Of a stretch of 64,000 nt of DNA, positions 1 through 12,548 are shown piece after piece. The notes below the pieces were generated by a model. The model was given only the letters and a program-made list of their open reading frames with translations, ran no database searches and was not told where the DNA came from. Both the position numbers and the translations under genes were made by a program. How positions within the stretch are numbered: position 1 is the first letter of the stretch; each line of letters opens with the position of its first letter. Source of the stretch: Eledone cirrhosa (Eukaryota); the NCBI GenBank assembly GCA_964016885.1, contig OZ024756.1, positions 372,001-436,000 on the forward strand, read 5' to 3'.

Positions 1-175
1 GTATATGTGTATGTATATGGGTTCACCTGTGTGTGTGTGTGTGTATTTAGATGTGTATGTGTGTGTATTCAGATGTGTGTGTGTGTGTGTGTGTGTGTGT
101 ATTCAGATGTGTATGTATGTGTGTGTGTGTGTGTGTATTCAGATGTGTATGTGTGTTCATGTGTATGTGTGTGTT
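1..175. repeat. (GT)n compound microsatellite
   Basis: GT runs interrupted by attcagat units. Confidence 0.95.
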
Positions 176-179
176 TCAG

Positions 180-200
180 AGATTCTCCACACACCAGTCT
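180..200 (+). CDS. Candidate 21-nt micro-exon (xE-ILHTPV, phase 1-1); alternative reading is a terminal exon 180-257 ([25 protein letters not shown])
   Basis: tgtttcAG acceptor at 178-179 and GTAATT donor at 201; unique sequence between microsatellites; phase fits exon 9433-9474. Confidence 0.3.
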
Positions 201-449
201 GTAATTGCTGGCAGTAGTATTGGAGATAACATTTTAAGAATACTTGAAATAGTGTAATTTAATTTGAAAAGTTGGGAAAAGGAAATATAGAAATATATAA
301 AATATATGGAGAGTAAGATGGTATATAGTGGGGAAGACAGCAAAGACATGGGGGGAAAACCAGATATGTTGTTACAGAGGATATATAGATATATATATAT
401 ATATAAATGAAAGGTATAGAAAACACTGCAGCGAAAAACGAACAGCATT

Positions 450-598
450 TCATGAGAGAGAGAGAGAGAGATTGGAGTGAGATAGAAAGAAAGAGAGGAG
501 TGAGATAGAGAGAGAGAGATTGGAGTGAGATAAAGAAATATATATATATAATATATATAGATAGATAGATAGATAGATAGAGAGAGACAGGGAGAGAG

Positions 599-694
<96 letters not shown>

Positions 695-705
695 AGGGGG
701 GGGAG
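450..705. repeat. (GA)n/(GATA)n/(TA)n microsatellite cluster
   Basis: direct inspection. Confidence 0.95.
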
Positions 706-799
706 GCAATTACCCAGCACGTGCATCACTACCACAACCACTAAACCACCAGTCTCAAAAACCATTTATATCTCCACCAAAACTCGAGGAAAAGCAATC

Positions 800-1420
800 T
801 TCACCTTCACTACTACTTCTACCACCACAGCCACCACTACAGAGCATCACCTTCACAACCACCACAACTACTACTACTACCACCAACACTACTACTACCA
901 CAGCCACTACAACTATTACTATTACCACCACCACTACAGAGCATCACCTTCACAGCCACCACAACTACTACTACTACTACTACCACCACCACCACTACAA
1001 CTACTACCACCACAGAGCATCACCTTCACAGCCACCACAACTACTACTACTACCACCACAGCCACTACAACTACTACTATTACCACCACAGAGCATCACC
1101 TTCACTACCACCACAACCACTACAACTACTACTACTACCACCACCACAGCCACTACAACTACTACTACTACCACCACCACCACACCCACTACAACTACTA
1201 TTACTACCACCACCACCACTACAGAGCATCACCTTCACAGCCACTACAACTACTACCACAAACACCACAACCAACACTACTACTATTTCTACTACTACTA
1301 TTTCTACTACTACTACCACCACCACAGCTACTATTACCACTATCACCAATACCAACACTACTACCACCAAATACCGCTTACCTTCACTAAAGCTACCAAA
1401 ATCACCACCACTATCACTAT
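800..1420. repeat. (CTA/CCA)n compound repeat with recurring acagagcatcaccttcac unit
   Basis: unit recurs at about 840, 937, 1013, 1088 and 1221. Confidence 0.9.
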
Positions 1421-1429
1421 TATTATTTG

Positions 1430-1776
1430 GATTGCTTTATGGCATACAGTTACATCCCTTTACATTCTGAGTTCAAAGTTAGCTTTGCCTTTTATCCTTA
1501 CAGGACCAATACAATAAAGTACCAGTAACACACTGGGGTTGATTTAATCAATTCCCCTCCCCCTAAAATTGTTGGCTTTTTGTCTAAATCAGAAACCATT
1601 ATTATAGAGGGTCGGACGCCATGCTTTGCAACAAAGAGTTACATCCCTTTATGGTTTGTGTTCAAATCCCGCTGAGGTTTACTTTGCCTTTCATCCTTAC
1701 GGGGTCGATAAAATAAAGTACCAGTAATAAACTGGGATAATTGCTGGCCTTGTGCCAAATATAGAAACATTATTAT
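1430..1776 (+). mobile_element. Two adjacent copies of tRNA-derived SINE family S1 (Meta-domain-like core)
   Basis: B-box GTTCAAATCC, core gcctttcatccttacggggtcgataaaataaagtaccagt, tail ggccttgtgccaaa-tagaaac-(att)n. Confidence 0.85.
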
Positions 1777-2036
1777 GGTTTTGCTATAGTGCACTTTTAC
1801 TCGACCTTATTGTAAACCCCCACTGTCCCTTCTTTGTATTGTCCCCTACATGTTGACCCTTGGGGCCAATAAATGAAATCATTATTATTATTGTTGGAAC
1901 CTTCTTTGTTTTAATTCTATTGTTATCTTTTTTTTAATATTGTTAAAATTTGTTTAAAAACCCACACAGCAACACACACACACACACTATGTTTTCATCC
2001 TGTACTGTCATAATGTTTTTCTTGATGCAAACCCTT

Positions 2037-2222
2037 TCATCATCATCATCATTTTACGTCCGCTTTTCCCTGCTTGCAAGGGTTGGACGGGTCCTATTCA
2101 GCACAGCATCTCTCCACTTGTCACGGTCCTTCGTCATCTCCTTGGTGAGTTTCAGCGATCTGTGGTCTGCTCTCACCACTTCCGCCCATGTTTTTTGTGG
2201 TCTACGGGTACTACGTCTTCCC
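2037..2222 (-). mobile_element. RTE LINE 3' fragment (family B)
   Basis: reverse complement of about 13990-14180, including the (GAT)n tail. Confidence 0.9.
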
Positions 2223-2264
2223 TCTTTTGTGGTTAATAAGTCACCATTATTATTATTGTTTCTC

Positions 2265-2435
2265 CTAAAGGGACGTAACCATGCTTTCCAGCATGGTTAC
2301 GTCCCTTTACAGACTGAGTTCAAATCCCGCCGAGGTTAACTTTGCCTTTCATCCCTACAGGGTCGATAAAATAAAGTACCAGTAATGTACTGGGTAATTT
2401 CTGGCCTTGTGCCAAATGTAGAAACAATTATTATT
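2265..2435 (+). mobile_element. SINE S1, 5' truncated, preceded by a short inverted piece
   Basis: core and tail match the full copy; taaagggacgtaaccatgct..agcatggttacgtcccttta hairpin at the 5' end. Confidence 0.85.
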
Positions 2436-2514
2436 GTTTCTCCTTTCTTCAGCTATTGTTCTGCCACATTACTAAACCAAGCAGACGAGGGAGGGAGGTC
2501 ATAACTAATGCCCT

Positions 2515-2780
2515 AGGAACTCTTCATTACTTTCTCCTGGGGTTTATGTTCCCTATCAGCCTTCTCAAAAATTCTAGGAGTTCCTAAGAATGTAGTTTTC
2601 TCGAGGAATACTAACTTTGCCTGCATCCCAAGTTTTTCTCTACATTTTTCTAAGTTCTTGGCCCCACAACCAACAACACCTCTCACTATTGCTATCACAA
2701 GGTCCTATCCTAATATTTATCACCTTTCTCCATTTCTTTGGGGTGGGTCCTCACATCTCTGGAAATGGCAACATCAAGCA
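2515..2780 (-). mobile_element. R4/Dong-like non-LTR retrotransposon 3' remnant
   Basis: translation IVRGVVG..KNLEKCREKLG..LEKTTFLGTPRI resembles the C-terminus of restriction-like-endonuclease LINEs. Confidence 0.6.
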
Positions 2781-3039
2781 TTCAAAATATCCATATTGTT
2801 ATTATTTAAGGTGGTGGGTTGACAATATGAGCAGAGCATCAGACTAAACTGCTTTTGTGGTATATAGTTACAACCTTTTAAGTTCCCAGCTGGGATCGAT
2901 AAAAGTATCAGTAACAGTACTGGGGTCGATATCAACTTTCCTCATACCCACCCTTCAAAATACTGCCCTTGTGCCAAAAGTAGAAACAGTTATCATCATC
3001 GAGAACAGCAATAGTGTAAACAACAATAAATCAAGCTAC

Positions 3040-3457
3040 AGCACACACTGTCAATGTGGTTGGCGTTAGGAAAGGCATCTAGCCGTAGAAAACCTGCCCC
3101 AAAACACCCAGCCCACACTGTAAAGTGGACGTGCAAAAGACACGGCAAAAAGCACCCAACACATACTGTCAATGTGGTTGGCGTTAGGAAGGGCATCTAG
3201 CCGTAGAAAACCTGCCCCAAAACACCCAGCCCACACTGTAAAGTGGACGTGTAAAAGACACGGCAAAAAGCACCCAACACATACTGTCAATGTGGTTGGC
3301 GTTAGGAAGAGCATCTAGCCATAGAAAACCAGCCAGAAAGTCTCCTATATTAGCAAGACACGGTCACCCGTCCCAACTTGCCTCTAATTGGGACAAGCCG
3401 CCTAATCCATGCTAGCATGGAAGATGGATGTTAATCGACAATGATGATGATGATGAT
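3040..3457 (+). mobile_element. RTE-tail retroposon with a 118-bp tandemly repeated segment
   Basis: tggcgttagg at 3061, 3179 and 3297; ends ccatgctagcatgg..(GAT)n. Confidence 0.8.
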
Positions 3458-3530
3458 ATATATATATAATATACTTCCGGCCAACATGGTATAAAAAGCC
3501 ACATCGGACACTGGAATAGTTCCTTTATTT

Positions 3531-3569
3531 TCCTCGGAAGAAGAGATATAAATCTCGAAATATCCGGAC
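3531..3569 (+). ncRNA. Degenerate minimal hammerhead-like motif in a Penelope-like terminal fragment (about 3473-3675)
   Basis: CGGAAGA (one change from CUGANGA)-A-GAGAT ATAA ATCTC-GAAA-TA-TC; fragment is flanked by TA repeats. Confidence 0.45.
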
Positions 3570-3702
3570 ATATGAATAAATTAAAAAAAAACAAAAAAAA
3601 AACAACCCCAGTTTCTTATGGCTTGATTATTTTCAGTCCAACCTGCATTCTCGTGGCTTTCAAACTTCGAATTCTATATATATTACACACACACACATAA
3701 AT

Positions 3703-3847
3703 AGGAGGCAGATGGCTTAGTGGTTAGAACATTGGCCTTGCAATCGTAAGGTTGTGAGTTCAATTCTCAGGCTGGGTGATGTGTTATTTCCTTGAGCAAG
3801 ACACTTTATTTCACATTGTTCCAGTTTACTCAGCTGTAGAAATGAGA
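3703..3847 (+). mobile_element. tRNA-derived SINE family S2, 5' part
   Basis: A-box TGGCTTAGTGG, B-box GAGTTCAATTC, then ccttgagcaagacact. Confidence 0.85.
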
Positions 3848-3876
3848 TGATAGGGACTGGGGTCCCTATTATTCCA

Positions 3877-4091
3877 CTGCAAAGTGGTCATGTAGGTGCC
3901 ACGGCAAAAAAGCACCCAGCCCACACTGTAAAGGGGACGTGTAGGTGCCATGGCAAAAAAGCACCCAGCACTCACTGTAAATGAGGTTGGTGTTAGGAAG
4001 GGCATCCAGCTGTAGAAATCGAGCCAGAATCAGTTCCCGTCCCACCCTTGCAAGCAGGGAAAAAGCAGACGTAAAATGAAATGATGATGAC
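3877..4091 (+). mobile_element. RTE 3'UTR-derived fragment (family A body, family B end)
   Basis: matches 25335-25490, then 14125-14165. Confidence 0.8.
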
Positions 4092-4093
4092 AT

Positions 4094-4154
<61 letters not shown>

Positions 4155-4157
4155 CAT

Positions 4158-4200
<43 letters not shown>

Positions 4201-4204
4201 CATA

Positions 4205-4235
<31 letters not shown>

Positions 4236-4240
4236 ACATA

Positions 4241-4271
<31 letters not shown>

Positions 4272-4275
4272 ACAT

Positions 4276-4320
<45 letters not shown>

Positions 4321-4323
4321 CAT

Positions 4324-4396
<73 letters not shown>

Positions 4397-4531
4397 TACA
4401 TACATATATATATATATATATACATACACACATATATATATATATATATATACATATATACATACATATATATATATATATATATACATATATACATACA
4501 TATATATATATATATATACATACATATATAT

Positions 4532-4568
<37 letters not shown>

Positions 4569-5421
4569 CATACATACATATATATATACATACATACATA
4601 TATATATACATACATACATATATATATATACATACATACATATATATATATATATACATACATACATATATATATATACATACATACATATATATATATA
4701 TACATACATACATATATATATATACATACACATATATATATATATACATACATACATATATATACATACACATATATATATATATACATACATACATATA
4801 TATATATACATACACATATATATATATATATACATACATACACATATATATATATATACATACATACATATATATATATACATACACATATATATATACA
4901 TACACATATATATATATACATACACATATATATATATACATACACATATATATATATACATACACATATATATATACATACACATATATATATACATACA
5001 CATATATATATACATACACATATATATATACATACACATATATATATATATATACATACACATATATATATACATACACATATATATATATATACATACA
5101 CATATATATATATATATATATATACATACATATACATATATGTATATATATATATATATACATATATATACATACACATATATATATATACATACACATA
5201 TATATATATACATATATATATATACATACATATATATATATATATACATACACATATATATATATACATATATATATATACATACATATATATATATATA
5301 CATATATATATATACATACATATATATATATACATATATACATACATATATATATATACATACATATATATATATACATACATATATATATATATATATA
5401 CATACATATATATATATATAC

Positions 5422-5452
<31 letters not shown>

Positions 5453-5519
5453 CATACACATATATATATACATACATATATATATATATATACACATACA
5501 TATATATATATATACATAC

Positions 5520-5553
<34 letters not shown>

Positions 5554-6083
5554 ACATATACATATATATATATACATATACATATATATATACATACATA
5601 CATATATATATATATACATACATATATATATATATATATACATACATACATACATATATATATACATACATACATATATATATACATACATACATATATA
5701 TATATATACATACATATATATATATATATATACATACATACATATATATATACATACATACATATATATATATATACATACATACATACATATATATATA
5801 CATACATACATACATATATATATACATACATACATATATATATATATACATACATATATATATATATACATACATACATATATATATATATACATACATA
5901 CATATATATATACATACATACATATATATATACATACATACATATATATATACATACATACATATATATATATATACATACATACATATATATATATATA
6001 CATACATATATATATATATACATACATACATACATATATATATACATACATATATATATATATACATACATATATATATATAT

Positions 6084-6114
<31 letters not shown>

Positions 6115-6317
6115 CATACATATATATATATATACATACATATATATATATATACATACATATATATATATATATACATACATATATATATATACATACA
6201 TACATATATATATATATATACATACATATATATATATACATACATATATATATACATACATATATATATATATATATATACATACATATATATATATACA
6301 TACATATATATATATAC

Positions 6318-6402
<85 letters not shown>

Positions 6403-6422
6403 CATACATATACATACATACA

Positions 6423-6458
<36 letters not shown>

Positions 6459-6587
6459 TATATACATACATACACATATATACATACATATATATATATA
6501 CATATACATACACATATATATATATACATACATATATATATATATATATACATACATATATATATATATACATACATATATATATAT

Positions 6588-6618
<31 letters not shown>

Positions 6619-6626
6619 CATACATA
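4092..6626. repeat. 2.5-kb (TA)n/(TACA)n compound microsatellite
   Basis: direct inspection. Confidence 0.98.
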
Positions 6627-6924
6627 GGGGTTATATATTGCTCTGATTTTTTAATTTATTAATTCTTCATAGAGCTTAAAAGTGACCAGTTGCAACATAT
6701 ATATATCTATAACTTTACGTATATGTTAACCTTTATATTTAATAATCTCCCGATAGGTTGAGATTAAATTTGGCGATATTTGGCTGCGCTTTCTAGCAGC
6801 AAGCCTACCCACCGTAAGCAACCAATCACATTCTTTCTGGCTTGACCACAGCCACTTAGCGATTCTTAGCCATTTTTGAATCTATTTTTGGCGGGATCGG
6901 ATTGAAAAACTAGATGTCTGATTT

Positions 6925-7003
6925 TGTCTCCTGATGAATCGTAACTCAGGACATTCCTATTATTTGGATGTCTAAAAATAGGGATGAAATCATGGTAGAG
7001 ATA
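6925..7003 (+). ncRNA. Type I hammerhead ribozyme candidate
   Basis: stem I TGTCTC/GAGATA, CTGATGA at 6931-6937, stem II closed by ATC/GAT, GAAA at 6986-6989, minimal stem III TCATGG, GUA cleavage triplet. Confidence 0.7.
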
Positions 7004-7284
7004 TAATTACGGTATGTACGCATTTCTTCTAAGTTTAATTTTACACCTAATTGTGTATGGTTGATGATATATTTAGTCAGTTTCTAGATGCTGTCGAAAT
7101 GTTGGATAAATACTCGATTGGGGCCACCGCGAAGAGGCTACGTTCGGTTATTTGTCGGAGATTTCTCCATAAGAGCCTTTCTTCTTGTAGCTTGATCTAA
7201 TTGATTTTTTATATGGTTAATTATGCTAATTAGAAGAAGAAATAGTATATATTTTATCTGATGATTCTAAAGACATGATTTATG

Positions 7285-7368
7285 ATATATATACATATAT
7301 ATATATATATACATACATATATATATATATATACATACATATATATATATATACATACATATATATAT

Positions 7369-7411
<43 letters not shown>

Positions 7412-7460
7412 CACATATATATATATACATACACACATATATATATATATATATATACAT

Positions 7461-7491
<31 letters not shown>

Positions 7492-7562
7492 CATATCATC
7501 ATCATCACCGTTTTACGTCCGTTCTTCCACGCTAGCATGGGTTAGACGGTAAATATATATAT

Positions 7563-7623
<61 letters not shown>

Positions 7624-7625
7624 AT
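7285..7625. repeat. TA/CA microsatellite with an embedded minus-strand RTE 3' tip (7496-7550)
   Basis: tip is the reverse complement of about 25545-25600. Confidence 0.9.
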
Positions 7626-7974
7626 ATTACACTCTGCTTAGTACAACCCCAAAGTACAGACTGGAAATTCCGCATCAAGTGCTCACTTTGGTGAACCAAC
7701 ACTAACTTGATGTTACAATCCTTAAAATATATATATATAAACTACGCATTAAAGAGAAAAATATGACAAGAAGCTTTTGTTGGTGTGGAAAAGCAAAGGA
7801 GAGAAAGGAGAGGGGTGGAATGAAAGTAGAAAAACAACAACAGACCAAAGAAAAACACCAAAAAATATCAAAAGAAAAAGCTATCAGTGTAAGATGGTGG
7901 AACTTGACAAAAACTAAAAATCAATAAAAAAAATGACTGAAATAACAATAATAATGGTATAAATAACAATAATT

Positions 7975-8140
7975 CTTTCTACTTTTTGGCACAAGGCCAA
8001 AAATACCCAGTACATCACTGGTACTTTATTTTATCGACCCCGTAAGGATGAAAGGCAAAGTTAACCTCGGCGGGATTTGAACTCAGATCATAAAGGGACA
8101 TAACTATGCTAGAAAGCATGGCTTCAGACCCTCTACCGAT
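7975..8140 (-). mobile_element. SINE S1
   Basis: reverse complement of the S1 consensus. Confidence 0.9.
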
Positions 8141-8191
8141 AATGAGAATGATACTAATATATATAACAACAAAAACAGATGTATCTATATA

Positions 8192-8192
8192 A

Positions 8193-8272
<80 letters not shown>

Positions 8273-8300
8273 CTATATCTATATAACATCATCATCATCA
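8192..8300. repeat. (CAT)n microsatellite
   Basis: direct inspection. Confidence 0.95.
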
Positions 8301-8351
8301 CTATATAGTAATGTACGATTCCAGTCCCCAAACAAAATAACTGATAGCAGT

Positions 8352-9252
8352 AATTGTTTCTACTTTTGGCACAACGACAGCAATTACCCAGTGTATTACT
8401 GGTACTTTATTTTATCGACCCCGTACGAATGAAAGGTAAAGTTAACCTCAACGGGATTTGAAATAATGATTTCTACTACAGGCGCAAGGCCAGTAATTTG
8501 GGGAAAGGGGAAAGTCGATTAAATTGATCCCAGTGCATTACTGGTACTTTATTTTATCAACCTCGTACGGATTAATCCTTTAGCATTTACATTACTCTAT
8601 ATATACTATTGTATTTTCACAGTAAAGGCTTTACCTCACATAATATCTCGCATAACATTTATATTACTCTATATATACTATTATATTTTCATGGTAAAGG
8701 CTTTACCTCACATAATATCTCACATAACATTTATATTACTCTATATATACTATTATATTTTCATGGTAAAGGCTTTACCTCACATAATATCTCACATAAC
8801 ATTTATATTACTCTATATATACTATTATATTTTCATGGTAAAGGCTTTACCTCACATAATATCTCACATAACATTTATATTACTCTATATATACTATTAT
8901 ATTTTCATGGTAAAGACTTTACCTCACATAATATCTCACATAACATTTATATTACTCTATATATACTATTGTATTTTCATGGTAAAGGCTTTACCTCACA
9001 TAATATTGAATCTATGAGATTTTGAAAGTATTTATTTTGAGAACAATACCTTAACATCAGTTTGAGCGACCAGTTACAGCCAGTTTCAACAGAAAGAGGT
9101 AGAGAATTCTGGCCGGTTTGAACACTAAAGGGAAAGGGTTAAAGGGAAAGTTAACCTCAGTGGGATTTGAACTCAGACAGTAAAGAGGCGTAACTCTATG
9201 CTGTGAAGCATTGTGTCCGATACTCTACTGATACTGCCAATCCACCACCCTA
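8352..9252 (-). mobile_element. SINE S1 copies; the second (8466-9252) is split by a MITE
   Basis: SINE sequence stops at TTAA 8572-8575 and resumes after TTAA 9139-9142. Confidence 0.8.
8576..9138 (+). mobile_element. piggyBac-type MITE M1 with an internal 72-bp tandem expansion (about 6 units)
   Basis: TTAA flanks, CCTTT...AAAGGG termini, homology to 18426-18672. Confidence 0.85.
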
Positions 9253-9432
9253 GTATTAACAATAATAATAATTCTAGTGAAAAGTGTGTGTGTGTGTGTG
9301 TGTGTGTATACATACATACATACATGAGAGAGAGAGAGATAGAGAGAGAGAGAAAGAGAGAGACGGAGAGAGAGAGAGAGAAAGAGAGAGAGAGACAAAG
9401 GTAGGCTGTTTATTCTGAATCATTGGTTTTAG

Positions 9433-9474
9433 ATAAGCCTTTATTTACTGAGGAATTCTTTGAAAATGTCTGCT
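9433..9474 (+). CDS. Candidate 42-nt exon (x-KPLFTEEFFENVC, phase 1-1)
   Basis: cattggttttAG acceptor, GTAAGA donor, open and protein-like frame. Confidence 0.45.
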
Positions 9475-9906
9475 GTAAGACAATTGTAAAACGATGGGAA
9501 ATGATGGAAGGAAAGGGGGGTGGGGGATGGAAGGGAGGAGAGGAGGGAAAGCAGGCTGGGGGAGGAGAGGAGGGAAGGCAGGCTGGGGGAGATGGGGAGG
9601 GAAGGCAGGCTGGGGGAGGAGGGAGGCGAGGGTGAGAGGGGTGAAGGAAGCCCAGAAGGATTGATGACAGGGAAGATGTCATAAGGAGCAATAGATGACA
9701 CCTTAACAATGTCTTTATAATGGAGAGTTTTCTTTAAGGGTTACAGAAATGTTTTCTGTTTATAAGAGACAGACATTGCTGAAGAACCTTTAGAATATAC
9801 AATAAGGGGTTTAAAAAATAAATAAGGCCTTTGAAATCTCCATTTAATGATTGATTTTTAACTTCTATATTTATTCAGTATTGATTTAGTATTTGGCACT
9901 GCTTAT

Positions 9907-10360
9907 TTAACCCTTTTGATGCCAAACTGCCTGATACCACCACAGGTTCTATGATACAAAGCTATATATATTTATCTGTGAAGGCACGTGGCTGAGTGGT
10001 TAGAGAATTGGATTCGCAATTATGAGGTTGTGAGTTCGATTCCCGGACCAGGTGATGCGTTTTGTCCTTGAGCAAGACATTGCTCCTTCTACCTGGAGTT
10101 GCAACCAATAGACAGTATTAGCAATTGGAAAGACTAATGGAAACATTGTTTCTTCAGTCCTATTTGACGAAAGTCGATATTTATCTATAGAGCTTCCATT
10201 ATAATTTTATGGAAAAACCTTTAAGTTACGTTTCAAACACCTCAGGTTCTATGATACAAAACTCTTTTTATTAAAGTATATATATTTATGTATAGATCTC
10301 CCATTATAATTTTATGTAAGAAACTCTATTAAGTTATGTTCCAAACAGCAGCTCAATAAA
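9907..10360 (+). mobile_element. Second TTAACCCTT-terminated MITE-like family M2 (related pieces at 36790-37397, 38480-38711 and 55500-56035)
   Basis: shared ttccatcataat..aaacctttgttaagttatgttccaaacaccag core; CCCTTT/AAAGGG-TTAA ends. Confidence 0.55.
9978..10085 (+). mobile_element. SINE S2, 5' part
   Basis: TGGCTGAGTGG A-box, GAGTTCGATTCC B-box. Confidence 0.85.
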
Positions 10361-10639
10361 TTCTTTCTAATATGAAGGTGTGTGTGTGTGTGTATTCAAA
10401 AGTAAATGGAAACAACAAAGCAAACAACACAGTACAACGAAGAAATATATTAGTTTAATGCTTGATATAGTAGGGAAAGAGACTTAACGTTTTGCACAAT
10501 AGTCCTTCATCAGAAGATAGAGTGAGAAATAAAAGAAAAAAATAGAAAGAGAGTGAAAAAGGGAAGAAACGGAGAAAAGCCCATTGTGTGTGTGTATGTT
10601 TATATATATATCATCATCGCTACACACACACACACACAC

Positions 10640-10792
10640 AATGGGTTTTTTCACAGCTATACTCAACCAAGTTCACTGACAAACCTGAGGCTATTATAGA
10701 AGACACTTGCCCAAGGTGCCACACAGTGGGGTGGAACTAAGAAACCCGTGGTTGTGAAGCAAACATCTTAACCAAGAAAACATGCTTGCACT
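10640..10792 (-). mobile_element. tRNA-derived SINE family S3 (degraded; another copy at about 37695-37855 +)
   Basis: minus strand reads ggttaagatgttt..gttccacccc..ccttgggcaagtgtcttcta (CORE-like). Confidence 0.6.
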
Positions 10793-11289
10793 TATTCAAA
10801 ATAAATCAATAATTAGCAAAGACAAAAGGAAACCATACTTCTGAGGAATCAAATTACTGTTACAATTAGAACATATATACACACACACAAGTATACATAT
10901 ATACACCAATGTGTGTGCATATAGACATATATCTACACACACGTGTATATATATATAATAACCAGCAAAGAGGTATTAATTACCCTGACAGAAATAAGCT
11001 TCCTTTGTTGTTTTGAACTATTGTTATTGATAGAACTCTTCCCAATCTGTGAGATAGGATTGTCCAAAGAATAAAGAGATTAAGATTAAACCTACAGAAC
11101 TTACTGCTATATATGAAGAACAAAGAGAAAGATAATCCCAGTACGGAGGTTTTTCACTGCTGCCTCACAACACACAGCCTGTCCAATGTCAGGAGTTGCC
11201 TTCTGTAAAAGACATGCCCTACATTTGTTAGTAGTGCGATGGTCCTCTACCTTGTGATAAGTCACATCCTTAGAAACACCCCTGCTTGA

Positions 11290-11806
11290 ATAAGTCGGCC
11301 CATGCCTGCTCCATAAAGTGGTTAGTGAAGGAAGGCAGATCATCCAATCTATAGACGTGACAACCTCTTTAGTGTTGCTGGTCTACATGATAAACACGTC
11401 CAATACATTTGTAAAGTGGTTAGTGGTAGGAAGGGGACCCAGCTGTAGAAAACTTGTCAAATGAAGGGCTGAGAAGACTTTACAGTTGTGTCAAAGACAT
11501 ATTTTCCTTCATCATGGTGCCAAAATAAAATGCACTTGGTCGAACACATGATTGTATGTTAAACCCCTAGCCTGCCTGGGGTCTGTGACAACCCATCCAA
11601 CCCTTGCTAACAAAGGCCCACATGGAGATAAGGGGTTCTGCTTCAGTACTGACTGGTCTGTGATGACCCATCCAACCCTTGCTAGCAGAGAAAACAGATT
11701 TTAAGTGATGATGGTGATGGTGGTGGTGGTGGTGATGGTGGTAGTGGTATGATGGTGGTGATGATAATGACGGTGATGATGGCGATGGTGGTGGTGGTGA
11801 TGATGA

Positions 11807-11838
<32 letters not shown>

Positions 11839-11860
11839 GTGGTGGTGGTGGTGGTGGTGA

Positions 11861-11899
<39 letters not shown>

Positions 11900-12190
11900 T
11901 GATGATGATAATGATGATGTGGTGGTGGTGATGATGATGGTGATAGTGGTGATATTGGTGATGATGATTTGGTGGTAATGGTGGTGATGATGGTGGTGGT
12001 GGTGGTGGTGGTGGTGGTGGTGATGGTGGTGGTGATGATGGTGGTGGTCATGATGATGGTGATGATGGTGGTGATGATGATGGTGATGATGGTGGTGATG
12101 ATGATAGTGATGGTGGTGATGATGATGGTGATGGTGGTGATGATAATTATGATGTGGTGATGATAATTATGATGTGGTGATGGTGATAAG
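11290..12190 (+). repeat. Degraded RTE-tail retroposon followed by ~490 bp of GAT/GGT/GCT trinucleotide tract
   Basis: ccatccaacccttgctagcagagaaaacaga immediately precedes the tract at about 11705. Confidence 0.8.
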
Positions 12191-12213
12191 ATGCACATTA
12201 CATTTCTTTACAG

Positions 12214-12233
12214 GTAGATTAGAACAGATACAG
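12214..12233 (+). CDS. Candidate 20-nt micro-exon (C-RLEQIQ, phase 1-0)
   Basis: catttctttacAG acceptor, CAG/GTGGGT donor. Confidence 0.4.
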
Positions 12234-12548
12234 GTGGGTTTTTTTCAACTGTTAATTTCATTTATTAGAATCCTTGTTGTTTAGACAGAGCAGTGGATTG
12301 GCAGAATTGGTAGAGCATTGGATGAGATGCCTTGCGGTATTTGTTCCAGTTCTTAGCGTACTCAGTTCAAATCGCAATGTGGCTTTATCTAAGTGGTACA
12401 CTTAATTCATCACCTGATTTAACATCCCTAGCATCTGGCAGCCCTTGGGTCCTATTGCAATTGTGAGAACCAAGTATTCTCCACTTCCGCCAAGTCTAAC
12501 CCTTATAACTCTACTGTCAACAAGGTCTAACCATTATAACTCCACTGT

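Noticed and set aside
3869-6627. 850-920 aa ORFs on both strands
   Set aside because: Translation of a TA/TACA microsatellite that cannot encode stops
8609-9025. 24-aa repeat ORF
   Set aside because: 72-bp tandem expansion inside a MITE
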